The notes under the pieces are model-generated. The model had not been told where the DNA came from and did not search any database. It saw nothing but the letters and a program-made list of their open reading frames with translations. Positions 19,986 through 32,325 of a stretch of DNA of 64,000 bases are shown here, one piece after another. The stretch comes from an uncultured Pseudomonadales bacterium (GTDB lineage: Bacteria > Patescibacteriota > Microgenomatia > UBA1400 > UBA12028). Each line of letters starts with the position of its first letter. Positions within the stretch are counted from its first letter, which is position 1. The stretch spans positions 77,621 to 141,620 of the forward strand of contig CAZWPK010000002.1 of assembly GCA_964635905.1 (NCBI GenBank). The letters run 5' to 3'. The position numbers and the translations under genes are program-made.

Positions 19986-21644
19986 ATGTTGTTGCTATTG
20001 ATACTATCAGTTCTCTTAGCCTCGTCCGCACTCCAGTTAGGCACATGGGTAGATTCTACACTACCAAAAGCTGAGCGTTTACTAATTGGTATTGGCCTGA
20101 TTTTTTCTTTACTTCTCATTATCAACATCCTCTTCCCAATCACTTGGGGACTAAGTCTAGGCATCTTTTTCATTCCATCAATGTACCTTGTTACGCGCCA
20201 TCATCGATGGTCTCTGTTTCAACAATTCGTAGCAGTTGTTAGACAAAACCTTTTCCAGCTGCTTGTGGGGTTGTCGATTGCACTAGGGATTTCTTATGCT
20301 GGAAGTTTCCCAACTACGTGGTATGACTCATTGCTGTATCACATCCCAACTGTCATCAATCTGATACAGTCACCTGTCGTCTCCGGGATTGCATTAATTC
20401 ACATTCGATTAGCCTCTGTCAGTCTCCCATTTGTATTTTCATCGCTACAAGCTTCGCTGCCAAACCTTGGAAGTTATAATTTCCCTTCAGTGTTTTTCTT
20501 CGTCATCTTGGGTCTACTCTATTTTTTTGAAAAACGATCACTCCACCTAAAGAATTTGAAGGCATCGACAAGTTTGTGGTTTTTTTTCATAAACATCGCC
20601 GTATTCTTTGTCGTGCACGGATTAAGTTTATTCTCAACGTTAGCTCCGGAACTCGTGTTATTTGTTTGCAGTATCTTGCTTGTCTATGGTTATCTACAAA
20701 GACGGCTGACACTGGTAGTTGCAGCATTCATTCTCGGATTTGTCACAAAAATATCGATGCTTCTTTTTTTGCCATTTGTGATCATGATGATCGGAGAAAA
20801 GCTGTATTCTCATAGATCTTTGGGAACCCTCATGCAGTTGATAGCCGATAATAAGCGACGATTGATAGCCCTACTCCTTCCCGTTATCATCGGAAGTCTT
20901 TATTCATTCATTGTATCGGGTTGCTTCGTATTTCCGATTAAACAAACCTGTTTACCATTAAAAAATGCTCTTACAGAATTGCAAGTTACTGACTATACCA
21001 AAATTGTCCATACTTGGGCTCGTTTTAATCCTTATCAGTCGATTATGAAGTCGGAAGTCGAATGGTTTAGTAGCTATTTTATTCAAACGATTCCTCCCAT
21101 CCTCAAGATTGTTTTCGCACTTACAACTCTGTTGATGGTTGTGACGGTGGTTGTAGGTGCATCCAAACAAAAGTCTTTCATAAACTATCGAGAAGTTTTC
21201 GCAATAGTCTTTCTCTTTTTTACTATGATCACTGCTTACAAAACGGCTCCCGATTTTCGGCTACTCTGGCCGATGGTGCTTTCGTTTGTGGCGCTTTTTA
21301 CTGCAACGGTTCTTACGCGCTTTCAACGTGTATTTCAATTACAACTAAATGTACTAGTAATCGGTACGTTTCTATTTGTGCTCATTTCCTTGTCAACAAT
21401 CACAGCCACGCTTGAAAAGCCGTTGCGCGAGAGTCAGCTTCTCTACCCCATTGAAACAATTTATAATCAATCAGCCCAAAGGCAAACGAGTTCATTTTCA
21501 TCATTTACTTTCACTGCACCTGTATCGGGGGATGATCGATGTGGAGTAGCATCCTTTCCGTGTATTCTCGATCCATCCGTTCTCTCCTCGTATACCTACT
21601 CCGTTGATTCGTTAGGAAGGCTAACAGGCGTCTATCATCGATAA
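19986..21644 (+). CDS. Polytopic membrane protein, unknown function (possible GT-C/polymerase-like)
   Basis: About 550 aa with more than 12 TM helices and a C-terminal Cys-containing soluble tail. The track start at 19929 overlaps the divergent gene, so I prefer the internal Met (MLLLLILSV...). Confidence 0.4.
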   Translation: MLLLLILSVLLASSALQLGTWVDSTLPKAERLLIGIGLIFSLLLIINILFPITWGLSLGIFFIPSMYLVTRHHRWSLFQQFVAVVRQNLFQLLVGLSIALGISYAGSFPTTWYDSLLYHIPTVINLIQSPVVSGIALIHIRLASVSLPFVFSSLQASLPNLGSYNFPSVFFFVILGLLYFFEKRSLHLKNLKASTSLWFFFINIAVFFVVHGLSLFSTLAPELVLFVCSILLVYGYLQRRLTLVVAAFILGFVTKISMLLFLPFVIMMIGEKLYSHRSLGTLMQLIADNKRRLIALLLPVIIGSLYSFIVSGCFVFPIKQTCLPLKNALTELQVTDYTKIVHTWARFNPYQSIMKSEVEWFSSYFIQTIPPILKIVFALTTLLMVVTVVVGASKQKSFINYREVFAIVFLFFTMITAYKTAPDFRLLWPMVLSFVALFTATVLTRFQRVFQLQLNVLVIGTFLFVLISLSTITATLEKPLRESQLLYPIETIYNQSAQRQTSSFSSFTFTAPVSGDDRCGVASFPCILDPSVLSSYTYSVDSLGRLTGVYHR

Positions 21645-21648
21645 CACT

Positions 21649-23828
<2,180 letters not shown>

Positions 23829-24605
23829 TTATTTGAGGATAGAGTACGCAGCAAGAATACAACGGTTATGAAGGGCATGCAAGCGAAGCAACACACCGGA
23901 AGAGGTGAATCTAGACGCAACTATCTGTTCCTCTTTGAATTGCTTTGCGTAGCTGCTTCCCCCTTTTGAATTTTGATGAATTCTAAATGCAGATAAGGCT
24001 TGATTAAGAAAGAAGGGTGATCCAAATTTATTTTGCAGTCTCCACCAGTATTCATAGTCCATTGTATAGGACAGTGCTTCATTAAATTCCCCGATTTCTT
24101 CATAGGCACTAGCTCTAAAAAAGACCGAGGGCTGTGGAATCGGATTGAGGATGCTCAGGAGGCTTTTAGAATAGATCCGCCGCAACAATGATTTATACAG
24201 CCGGACGTATGACTGGATTTGAGTTCCATTGGCATCAACGATTAGAGCATCACCTACTACCCACTGAACGGTGGGGTTTTCATCAAATACTTTTGCTACC
24301 GCAGAAAATGCACCTGGCAAATAATAGTCATCGGAATTCAGATAGGCCAGAATCTCTCCGCTGGCACGTTGTAGACCTTTATTAATGGCGTGGGCTTGAC
24401 CGTTGTCGGGTTTGCTTTCAACAACAATTCTCTTCCCGAACTTTTTTAACGCAGTAAGTGTGTTGTCTGTCGATCCACCATCCATGACAATGTGTTCGAC
24501 ATCTAATATATCTTGATTTTGGACACTCTCAATAGTTTTGGAAATGAAAATGCCTTGATTGTAGCTTGGAGTAATAATGCTAAAGTGCGGCTTTTTTGGT
24601 GTCAT
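23829..24605 (-). CDS. Glycosyltransferase family 2 (paralog of 9926..10738)
   Basis: FSIITPSYNQGIFISKTIESVQNQ and LNSDDYY motifs. It shows about 40 to 50% identity by eye to the GT2 at 9926..10738, including a homologous shadow ORF. Confidence 0.75.
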   Translation of the reverse strand: MTPKKPHFSIITPSYNQGIFISKTIESVQNQDILDVEHIVMDGGSTDNTLTALKKFGKRIVVESKPDNGQAHAINKGLQRASGEILAYLNSDDYYLPGAFSAVAKVFDENPTVQWVVGDALIVDANGTQIQSYVRLYKSLLRRIYSKSLLSILNPIPQPSVFFRASAYEEIGEFNEALSYTMDYEYWWRLQNKFGSPFFLNQALSAFRIHQNSKGGSSYAKQFKEEQIVASRFTSSGVLLRLHALHNRCILAAYSILK

Positions 24606-24933
24606 CGATAGCTTTCTTTCGAACCAGCTGCTCTAGCTTCTTATCCATTCGCTTTTGCTCAATTCGATTTAGAAAAGTGAGAAATACTACGATCATTAAG
24701 GCAATAATCACAAGTAAATCAAAAACTCTGGCAATATTTAATGTTTGGACCACTCCATTAACAGTTTGAGGAAAAATCGCCAAGAAAATAAAGACTCCCC
24801 ACAAACCCATCCAGATTCCGTATTCCATGCTATCGATATGTTGTTTTCGATGATGGATACGAACCGTATACATCATGAAGAGTCCAAACAGTACGGAAAT
24901 AATCTGTAGTAATCTCATAAACCTACTTTCCAT
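24580..24933 (-). CDS. Small membrane protein, DUF2304-like (GT2-associated)
   Basis: About 117 aa with two TM helices and a charged C-terminal tail (EQKRMDKKLEQLVRKK). This layout and the position next to a Dpm1-like GT2 are typical of DUF2304. The start could be 24951, 24933 or 24918. Confidence 0.4.
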   Translation of the reverse strand: MESRFMRLLQIISVLFGLFMMYTVRIHHRKQHIDSMEYGIWMGLWGVFIFLAIFPQTVNGVVQTLNIARVFDLLVIIALMIVVFLTFLNRIEQKRMDKKLEQLVRKKAIDDTKKAAL

Positions 24934-25571
24934 TCTAGCAAACACCGGCAAATATGTATTCCGTCGATGAGCGTCATTCCTTTATCGGTATCATGATAAA
25001 TAGCTTCAATTTCAATAACTGCATACTGAACGTGCTCTTTGGTTACTCGCATTGCTATCTCAGTCTCCACTTCATATCCCGACGATTTCCATTTCACTTT
25101 ACCATAACCTTTACGAGTAAGAGCTTTGTACCCGGAGGGAATATCAGGAATATAACCGCCGTAGAGCATGTTGAGCAAAACAGATGCGAATTTGTTACCT
25201 AAGAATCGCGATAATGGCATATTAGCGCCCATTTTGCGCACGCCAAATACAACATCAAACTCTCGTAGTGTAGCGATGAATTTAGGAATTTCTTTGGGAT
25301 CATGTTGATCATCAGCATCCATAAAGATGACTGCATCTGCATTGAGAGTCGAGAATGCATATTCGCATCCAGTTTTTAATGCTGCCCCTTTACCTAGATT
25401 TGTCTCATGAACCAGCACGTGTTTTGTATGATTGCCTGCCAAAGAGGCAGTATTATCAGTCGAGCCATCGTCGACAAAGATTACCTGAGGATGAATTGCT
25501 TTCACCTTTGAGAGTACGGTGGAGACATACTGTTGTTCATTATGGCCGGGGATGATGATAAAGACATTCAT
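24915..25571 (-). CDS. Polyprenyl-phosphate sugar synthase-like GT2 (Dpm1/GtrB family)
   Basis: Start at MNVFIIIPGHNEQQYVSTVLSKV; DxD region FVDDGSTDNT ... FMDADDQHDP. It is short and soluble, as in GtrB/Dpm1-like enzymes. Confidence 0.65.
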   Translation of the reverse strand: MNVFIIIPGHNEQQYVSTVLSKVKAIHPQVIFVDDGSTDNTASLAGNHTKHVLVHETNLGKGAALKTGCEYAFSTLNADAVIFMDADDQHDPKEIPKFIATLREFDVVFGVRKMGANMPLSRFLGNKFASVLLNMLYGGYIPDIPSGYKALTRKGYGKVKWKSSGYEVETEIAMRVTKEHVQYAVIEIEAIYHDTDKGMTLIDGIHICRCLLEWKVGL

Positions 25572-27259
25572 AGAACGCCAGATTTGCTGAATCTTGTTAT
25601 ACCCTGCATTCCCAGTGCACACAAGAGCAAGCCAAAGGTAAAGACAGAAAGCAATACGGATAGACGCTCTATCCTACTCATCGAAATCCTCCAAGTAAGC
25701 ACATTCTCCCCCTCTCGAATCATTGCCTTCGCTACGACGACCCTCCCGTTACCTTCTGTGTAGGAAACTGGAACTCCATTGAGTTGGAAAGTATAGATCT
25801 CGGGGAAATAGGACAGGGCTACTTCAAAGTCCGTGCTGACTGTTTGCGGAGACGAAAATGTGATCGTTCCCGTTCGCTCTGTTGTTTCTCTTTGTATGTT
25901 ACTTACGATTGGTAAACTGATAATTTTCTCATCGGAGACACAGGCATGACGGTCATTTCTACTCAAAATTTCATCAGAAACCCCTGTAGAAGTTAATCGC
26001 AGTGGATGCGTTTCTAATGCCGAAAAGATTGATAGATCTTGAACTGGATTCGGACGCATGTAGTTACGAATCGAATACCAGGAAAGCACGGCTAAAAACA
26101 TTGCCAGAAGAAACTGACCACGATGATTTTTAAGACCTGAAATACCAATGGCCGCTAGCACTGCGGCTAGAAATACCAACGGACCAAGTAATCGAAAGGG
26201 AAATTGGATCACATGAAGGATAGGCACAATAGTCCACACTGGCATTGAATACTGTGTTGCCAAATATAAATAACCCAAAAAGACTAGTAAAATCGAAATC
26301 AGTCGTAGACCTTTCTGTTGATGTTTTTGTATTGTTAGGAATGCTGTAACGGCGAATAATCCTACTCCAATCAGCTGGGCGGCACCGATAGAAAAAGAAA
26401 TGCCCGATGGAAAGCTGCCGTCGGTCACACCCGCTTGATAGGTATACCCCCAAGGGGAATAAATGAGCTGCTGGATAGTCAACAGGTTTCCTTCGATATC
26501 TACCTTTTGATCGACTAATCTGGTTTGCGATTGATCCAATAGTGCCGGAAACCAGAAAAAGCCAGACAATAAGAGTGCGCAGAGACCAAGTTTAGCTGTC
26601 GATATCCAGTTTTTAGATCGCACCGATTGGACAATACAGTACGCTGCGATCAATGGTAGAGCAAGAAACACCACAACATTGTGAGACAGCGAGAATGCCG
26701 TAAACATCAAACTTGCAATGAGTAGTCGGAAATGGGACTGGTGGTTTTTGTAGTACAACGAAAATGTCCATAACACGACAGGCAGAAGTGCATATCCAAA
26801 TGACTCTACACTGCCTCGAACATATACATTTAACATCCGATATGGGGCCAGGAGATACAGCACTGCACCTGCAAAACTAGCCCAAACAGTTAATCGCTCC
26901 GATCGAAGCCACCCATACATTCCTAGTGAGGAAACAAAGAAAGTTAACGCATACATCGTGGTGACAACAGAAACTAGCGGAACATTTAGAAGTACTGATC
27001 CACTGGCCGCAAGCCAGTGCCAAAGAGGATAGAAAAATTTGAATACCGGAACTCCACAATAATGATTCAGGCTTTGTGACCAATGGATTGGGAATTCACG
27101 AAATGACAGTGCTTTTGCCGCTACCAAGGAGCGCATCAGCATATATTCACCGTCATGGGAGGCGAAAAAGAGGACTGTTTTCGTATTGTAGGAGCAAATA
27201 GCTGATAAAAGTCCAAGAACTGCGATGGGTAGTAGGGAATAAATCCGTCTAAACGTCAT
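25568..27259 (-). CDS. Polytopic membrane protein, putative GT-C glycosyltransferase
   Basis: 563 aa with more than 12 TM helices and a C-terminal beta-rich soluble domain. ATGA overlap with the downstream Dpm1-like gene. Confidence 0.45.
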   Translation of the reverse strand: MTFRRIYSLLPIAVLGLLSAICSYNTKTVLFFASHDGEYMLMRSLVAAKALSFREFPIHWSQSLNHYCGVPVFKFFYPLWHWLAASGSVLLNVPLVSVVTTMYALTFFVSSLGMYGWLRSERLTVWASFAGAVLYLLAPYRMLNVYVRGSVESFGYALLPVVLWTFSLYYKNHQSHFRLLIASLMFTAFSLSHNVVVFLALPLIAAYCIVQSVRSKNWISTAKLGLCALLLSGFFWFPALLDQSQTRLVDQKVDIEGNLLTIQQLIYSPWGYTYQAGVTDGSFPSGISFSIGAAQLIGVGLFAVTAFLTIQKHQQKGLRLISILLVFLGYLYLATQYSMPVWTIVPILHVIQFPFRLLGPLVFLAAVLAAIGISGLKNHRGQFLLAMFLAVLSWYSIRNYMRPNPVQDLSIFSALETHPLRLTSTGVSDEILSRNDRHACVSDEKIISLPIVSNIQRETTERTGTITFSSPQTVSTDFEVALSYFPEIYTFQLNGVPVSYTEGNGRVVVAKAMIREGENVLTWRISMSRIERLSVLLSVFTFGLLLCALGMQGITRFSKSGVL

Positions 27260-27260
27260 G

Positions 27261-29048
27261 TTAGGGAAAGAGCTTTATCAGAAACATTTCATTCGTAATA
27301 CTTGTCTCACTGGTTAATGGTTGAAGTAAAAAGGTAGTTTTTTTCTTCGCCTGAAGATAGACAATCCCACCTTTATACGTAACGGGCTGCCAATCACTTA
27401 CCGTCCTGCCCCACTTCTCTTCAAATTGTTTTAGGAAATCTTTTCTACGGATGTTATCAATGTCGTCTACCAATAAGAACAGGCGCCCGATCTTCTTGTC
27501 GTCTTTGAAAAGGACGTACTGCGATGAAGCCATATCAAATTCTTTGGAAGGATACTCATCTTTGTACAACTCAATCGTTGCAGGAGTTCCAATCACAACA
27601 TCATCTACTAAGATGTATCTATCTTCGGAGCTTTTTCTTGGATCTTCCCAATAAACTAAGTTCCCAAAACGTTTGGTCGTTGGAGTCTTATCATTCGCCG
27701 GATAAATCAAATGGACAACGTTTAGTGTTTCATCCTGAGTTTTTACCTCAGGGACACCCTTTAACAAATAATTCAATCCAGCTCTATTTAAAGTTTGAAT
27801 ATCAATGGCCACATGAATCTCTGGATTTTCTCTGTATCTCTCTCGTACTAATTTTGCAGCTTCTGCTTGGCTACCAATCATGAGTTCTTTTTGAGAATTC
27901 AATAGAGTCACAAGACCAACGAAATGAAGCGTACTAAACGCAATGACTATTCCGAAAAGCAGTTTAGACACAGGAATTCTGATATGTGAAAGCATGGTAG
28001 CAATCATCCACAAAATGGCTGGAAACTGTATCAAAAAATAATATTCTGGCTTCGGTCCCTGGTATGGGAAGAAAAGCAGATTGATGCTAAAAAACCACAA
28101 AAGTGGAAACCAAGCGGTTTCAGGATTTTTATGTTTTCGTGCATAGACAACCGTCCACAAAACAACAATGCTGCCCGCTGCGATCGCTAGATACTGTTCT
28201 GTCTGCGGAATCAAGAATTTTCCAATGTTTTCCAAACTCACAAAGATATCTCGAATGAATGGGATCATAAAAAACTCTTTATTGGGAACAGCACCCGTAT
28301 TATTCTTAAGGACATCAATCACTCCACGACCGTTAAGCCAGTCATGTTTCAAATCAAAGATGAACGTTGGAAACAATGTGGCTAAACTCCCCAGTATCCC
28401 GGCAGCAACCGCATACTTTTTATTTCGTACCGGGAGACACCCGATAATCAATACAAATAGAATTAAAAATAGCCCTGAAAAATGCGCTTGATATCCCATG
28501 AATACACCTAAGACTAGAAGTAGTGCGTCTGCAATTCGTACGATTTTGTGCGAGATGATTTGACGCATGGGTAAAAAGACGAGGATTGAGGCAAGCATCA
28601 TTAAATTTGGATTCCAAGGAATTCTGTCCAATGTCACTTGGTAGAGAGACACGGCGTAGAACAAGAGAAAGAAAAATGAGATTCTTTTATCAGTCCGATA
28701 GAAAATAAAGAGAGAGCGAATGATCCAAAATGTGATAACGTACAAAACGATCGCCATCCCAACCACCGTCCATGGACTCTTGATGAAAAATGACAAGAAT
28801 GCGGTTAAATAATAGACAAATGGGCCAGTAAACATCTCTACTGGCCCTGTTCGTGGACCAACAAAATTCAAGTCTCCAAGTCGGATTTGAGCAGCATGGG
28901 TAAGAATTTGGATTTGGTCAAACTGTAAAGGATACAGATCATACCGATAGAGACGAAAGAAGAGACCACAAATAAACGCAATAAACGTCAAAACACCCGA
29001 TGATCGAACGAGTTGTCGTCCTAACGCTAATAAATGAACTTTATGCAT
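27261..29048 (-). CDS. Polytopic membrane protein, putative GT-C glycosyltransferase (DQ...GP subfamily)
   Basis: 595 aa. The first-loop motif FDQIQILTHAAQIRLGD ... VGPRTGP resembles the 21649, 53456 and 55016 paralogs. The C-terminal 200 aa are soluble. Confidence 0.45.
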   Translation of the reverse strand: MHKVHLLALGRQLVRSSGVLTFIAFICGLFFRLYRYDLYPLQFDQIQILTHAAQIRLGDLNFVGPRTGPVEMFTGPFVYYLTAFLSFFIKSPWTVVGMAIVLYVITFWIIRSLFIFYRTDKRISFFFLLFYAVSLYQVTLDRIPWNPNLMMLASILVFLPMRQIISHKIVRIADALLLVLGVFMGYQAHFSGLFLILFVLIIGCLPVRNKKYAVAAGILGSLATLFPTFIFDLKHDWLNGRGVIDVLKNNTGAVPNKEFFMIPFIRDIFVSLENIGKFLIPQTEQYLAIAAGSIVVLWTVVYARKHKNPETAWFPLLWFFSINLLFFPYQGPKPEYYFLIQFPAILWMIATMLSHIRIPVSKLLFGIVIAFSTLHFVGLVTLLNSQKELMIGSQAEAAKLVRERYRENPEIHVAIDIQTLNRAGLNYLLKGVPEVKTQDETLNVVHLIYPANDKTPTTKRFGNLVYWEDPRKSSEDRYILVDDVVIGTPATIELYKDEYPSKEFDMASSQYVLFKDDKKIGRLFLLVDDIDNIRRKDFLKQFEEKWGRTVSDWQPVTYKGGIVYLQAKKKTTFLLQPLTSETSITNEMFLIKLFP

Positions 29049-29132
29049 GAAAAGGTATGATACGTTATCTATGTAAGAGACACTACCGTAGGATCGCGTG
29101 AGATGAGGGTAAAGCCAACAAGTAGAGCATTC

Positions 29133-29288
29133 TTAACGCTCAACAGCAGCGTAAGTTCGATTGTCTAGGCTCCTTGGTGTAAAGGCAGCCTGAATTAAGA
29201 GAGCACACAAGCCAACCACAACAAAAAGAGATAACGCCACAATACCGACGATAAAGGGACGTTGAGAGGTGTTTTTTGCAGAATTCAT
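29133..29288 (-). CDS. Possible small single-pass membrane protein (51 aa)
   Basis: It lies in the only sizeable intergenic gap (29049..29346). Translation is MNSAKNTSQRPFIVGIVALSLFVVVGLCALLIQAAFTPRSLDNRTYAAVER. It is below the 60-aa track cutoff and may be spurious. Confidence 0.2.
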   Translation of the reverse strand: MNSAKNTSQRPFIVGIVALSLFVVVGLCALLIQAAFTPRSLDNRTYAAVER

Positions 29289-29346
29289 TATTTCATTGAA
29301 TCTGTCCACACAATCACTGTCAAGTAGTTATTCTGGTTTGACTGTC

Positions 29347-30246
29347 CTACTCTTGTTTCAAAAACCACTCCACCGTGGTTTTAATACCCTCTTCCAGTGA
29401 AACATGAGATTCCCAGTGCAGAATCTCTTTAGCTTTAGAACTGTCGGCAAATAGGAGTAAGGGATCACCAGGTCGAGGTGGGAAATTTTTAATGTTAGCC
29501 TCAATTCCTAGGTTCTTCTCAAGCAATTTAATGACATCGCTGACTTTGGTAGCATTCTTACCTGATAAGTTAAAGTAATGATATTTACCTGGCTCCAGCG
29601 TCAACGCTTGTAGATGTGCCGCAACGATATCACTAATGTAGACAAAATCGCGTTGATGTTCTCCAGTTCCCCAAACAGTGACTTCTTCCCCTTTTCGTAT
29701 CTGAGAGATAAATCTTGGGATCGCATGCGTTTCCGGATCGTGGTTTTCTCCAGGTCCATAGAGATTAAAGTATCGTAACGCTACACAAGTAAAGCCATGG
29801 GTATACGAATACGAGGATGCTAGAGCTTCCATCGCAAGTTTAGTCATTCCATAAGGATTGATAGGCATCGTTCGATCGTCTTCCAAAATTGGAACACGAA
29901 TCGGTTCTCCATACACAGCCGCGCTTGAGGAAAAGATAAATTGCTTGATACCAAGCTTTCGCATCTCTTCTAACAAAACAACCGTTCCAAGTACATTATT
30001 TTGCGTGTATTCATAGGGTTTTAAAACTGACTCCCCTGCTTCAATAGAGGATGCTAAGTGAAATACTGCTTCGATTCTGTCCAACGCCTGTACAACTGTT
30101 TTTTGATCACCGACATCCCCCTGAATAGTTTCAAATTCAGGATTAAAATGACGATCTAAAACTCTGACTTCATGACCTTGTTCCTGAAGAGAGCGACACA
30201 AATGAGAGCCTAAAAAGCCACTACCTCCAGTGACAAGTACGCGCAT
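29347..30246 (-). CDS. NAD-dependent nucleotide-sugar epimerase (UDP-glucose 4-epimerase GalE-like)
   Basis: Rossmann motif VLVTGGSGFLGSHL and the catalytic YxxxK (YGMTKLAMEALASSY) of SDR epimerases. 299 aa. Confidence 0.75.
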   Translation of the reverse strand: MRVLVTGGSGFLGSHLCRSLQEQGHEVRVLDRHFNPEFETIQGDVGDQKTVVQALDRIEAVFHLASSIEAGESVLKPYEYTQNNVLGTVVLLEEMRKLGIKQFIFSSSAAVYGEPIRVPILEDDRTMPINPYGMTKLAMEALASSYSYTHGFTCVALRYFNLYGPGENHDPETHAIPRFISQIRKGEEVTVWGTGEHQRDFVYISDIVAAHLQALTLEPGKYHYFNLSGKNATKVSDVIKLLEKNLGIEANIKNFPPRPGDPLLLFADSSKAKEILHWESHVSLEEGIKTTVEWFLKQE

Positions 30247-30261
30247 ACGTATCCTTTCTAC

Positions 30262-32325
30262 CTAGTTCTTAAATTGATAAACTTTCGCTTCCGTATTTTG
30301 ATATACGAGGCGAAGGTTAGCAAGTAACGGATCAAATGGAAGAGCATCCTGAGTTCGTAAATATAGATATGAAATATTCCATCGAGTAAATGCCTCACGA
30401 TAATCTGCGGGATTATGTGATCCGAACAGTCGTTGAACTTCCAAATATCGCGATTTGGTTTCTTGTGCATGGGTGTCCAACACCTTTTGACCTGCAATAT
30501 AGTTGAATCGATTTGCAAAATAGGATGTGTATGGGGTGTTCATATCCAAAGTATTTGCAAAATGAGACTGAATGATTGCATCACTTTTTGCATTCCGATT
30601 AATGTAGGACAACGCCGCAATTTCTTCACTGGAAATGAGCGTCACATCAATTCGTTCCTGATAAGAAGACAGAATTTTGTAGGTTTCATAGACAATGCGA
30701 GGCATAGTTGCCAGGATGATAATGAGTGTCATTCCTTTCAGGAAATATGATTTTGCAGTCCACCAATTTGTCAGGACAATAGCTGCAGTTATTGATAATA
30801 GAGTCAAACTTGAAGCAAAGAAATTAAATACATTAAACGATCCACTTTTTTGCAGTGTGTATAAACCTAAAAATGTAAAAATCACGCTGGGAAGCCAAAT
30901 AAAACCATACAGAATTTTACCTCCCAAAAGATTTCGAATTTTTTTACCCCCATTAAAACCCAGTAATCGAGTGCCATGGATACAGAGAAGCGTCACCACA
31001 ATTGCTATTCCGTCATACACGATAATTTTCGGGGTATTTTTATAGTATTCAACGATTGCTCGTTTATAGCGCCATTCTCTCCAATCAAGATTTTCCTCCG
31101 CCATAAATAATTTTGGCCATTCTAATGGGTAAAATCCTAATCCTCCGGATCCTCGATTTGGCGGTAAATACACACTCAACGCAACAAAAAGCATTACACA
31201 ACCGATGAGAAAAGACTGAAAAACAAAAGTTTTATTAAACTGTCCTATTGAGTGCTTGTGCTCACGCAATAGAGTCCTAGCATAGGTAATCGCATCGAGC
31301 ACCCAAACAAATAAGAATCCTGTCGCAAACAATAAACCAAAATAAACTTTAATTCCAAATAGCACTCCCCCAAGGATTCCTATAAGGATTCCAAGTTTCC
31401 ATCCTTTTGATCGACGCCAAAGTAGGAGTAACAAAAAAAGCACCAAGAAAACTAATTTCGCCATCGCATGCGGCATGTTTAAAAATTGAGTTGCTCCATT
31501 GTCGATTGCAGACGTATAAAAACCCCAGGAATGATGCAACCATTGCATAAAGACATACGCGATGTCTGCGCCAAAATAAAGAAAAAACAAGCTAAAGTGC
31601 ATCAGAAGCCGTCTATAGGTGTTCGACTGTCGGCTTGCCAATGTCGACACTAGCACCAGTAAAGTGATTCCCGTTAAGACAGAAATCAAAACCGGGGTAA
31701 ACTGAAAAAACAAGTGATGGATGGGGAAATTAAAAATTCTTGCCTGTTCAGCCAAGATCAGATCTGACCAATAATGATAGTTCACTACCGCGGTATGGTC
31801 GGAACCGGGTTCCATCGGTGGAAACTGTCGGACAATACTTGAAATAAGTCCAAGATGAAAGATCCCATCCTGACCATGAACGCGATAGAAGTACATTCCC
31901 TTGGTATCCGTCAGTCCACTGCCAATCATCTGCAAGACTTGAACCAGACTTCCGATCAAGAGCATCATCGCTAAGGAGAAATTGCTGGGCTTACACGCTT
32001 TAACCAGAAAGGATACTCCCCGTAAAATCTCGGATCGACGCAATAACAAGGCGACAAGTAAGACCCCAACATATCCATACGTTAAAAAGCGGAGCTGTAA
32101 GTATCCTACAATGTAACCTTGAATTCCCCAAAGAATCATTCCTGTAACTGGAATAACAACCAATTTTTGCCAAGCGGAAAGCTGAAGTTTAAATCTGTTG
32201 ACTATTAACCATCCAGGGACCACAAAGACGATCAGCACAGAGATCAGATACCCAATCCCCAGGAACCATAGCCTGGGATCAAAAAGTCCAAACATAGCAT
32301 CATTGTACAACCATTCCAACCTCAA
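30262..32325 (-). CDS. Large polytopic membrane protein with C-terminal soluble domain, unknown (GT-C-like architecture)
   Basis: 687 aa, more than 14 TM helices, and a C-terminal hydrophilic domain of about 180 aa. Confidence 0.4.
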   Translation of the reverse strand: MRLEWLYNDAMFGLFDPRLWFLGIGYLISVLIVFVVPGWLIVNRFKLQLSAWQKLVVIPVTGMILWGIQGYIVGYLQLRFLTYGYVGVLLVALLLRRSEILRGVSFLVKACKPSNFSLAMMLLIGSLVQVLQMIGSGLTDTKGMYFYRVHGQDGIFHLGLISSIVRQFPPMEPGSDHTAVVNYHYWSDLILAEQARIFNFPIHHLFFQFTPVLISVLTGITLLVLVSTLASRQSNTYRRLLMHFSLFFLYFGADIAYVFMQWLHHSWGFYTSAIDNGATQFLNMPHAMAKLVFLVLFLLLLLWRRSKGWKLGILIGILGGVLFGIKVYFGLLFATGFLFVWVLDAITYARTLLREHKHSIGQFNKTFVFQSFLIGCVMLFVALSVYLPPNRGSGGLGFYPLEWPKLFMAEENLDWREWRYKRAIVEYYKNTPKIIVYDGIAIVVTLLCIHGTRLLGFNGGKKIRNLLGGKILYGFIWLPSVIFTFLGLYTLQKSGSFNVFNFFASSLTLLSITAAIVLTNWWTAKSYFLKGMTLIIILATMPRIVYETYKILSSYQERIDVTLISSEEIAALSYINRNAKSDAIIQSHFANTLDMNTPYTSYFANRFNYIAGQKVLDTHAQETKSRYLEVQRLFGSHNPADYREAFTRWNISYLYLRTQDALPFDPLLANLRLVYQNTEAKVYQFKN

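Noticed and set aside
29140-29170. tRNA-like T-loop fragment (aagttcgattg) in the 29049..29346 gap
   Set aside because: It deviates from the GGTTCGAWTCC consensus. No acceptor or anticodon stems could be folded by eye.
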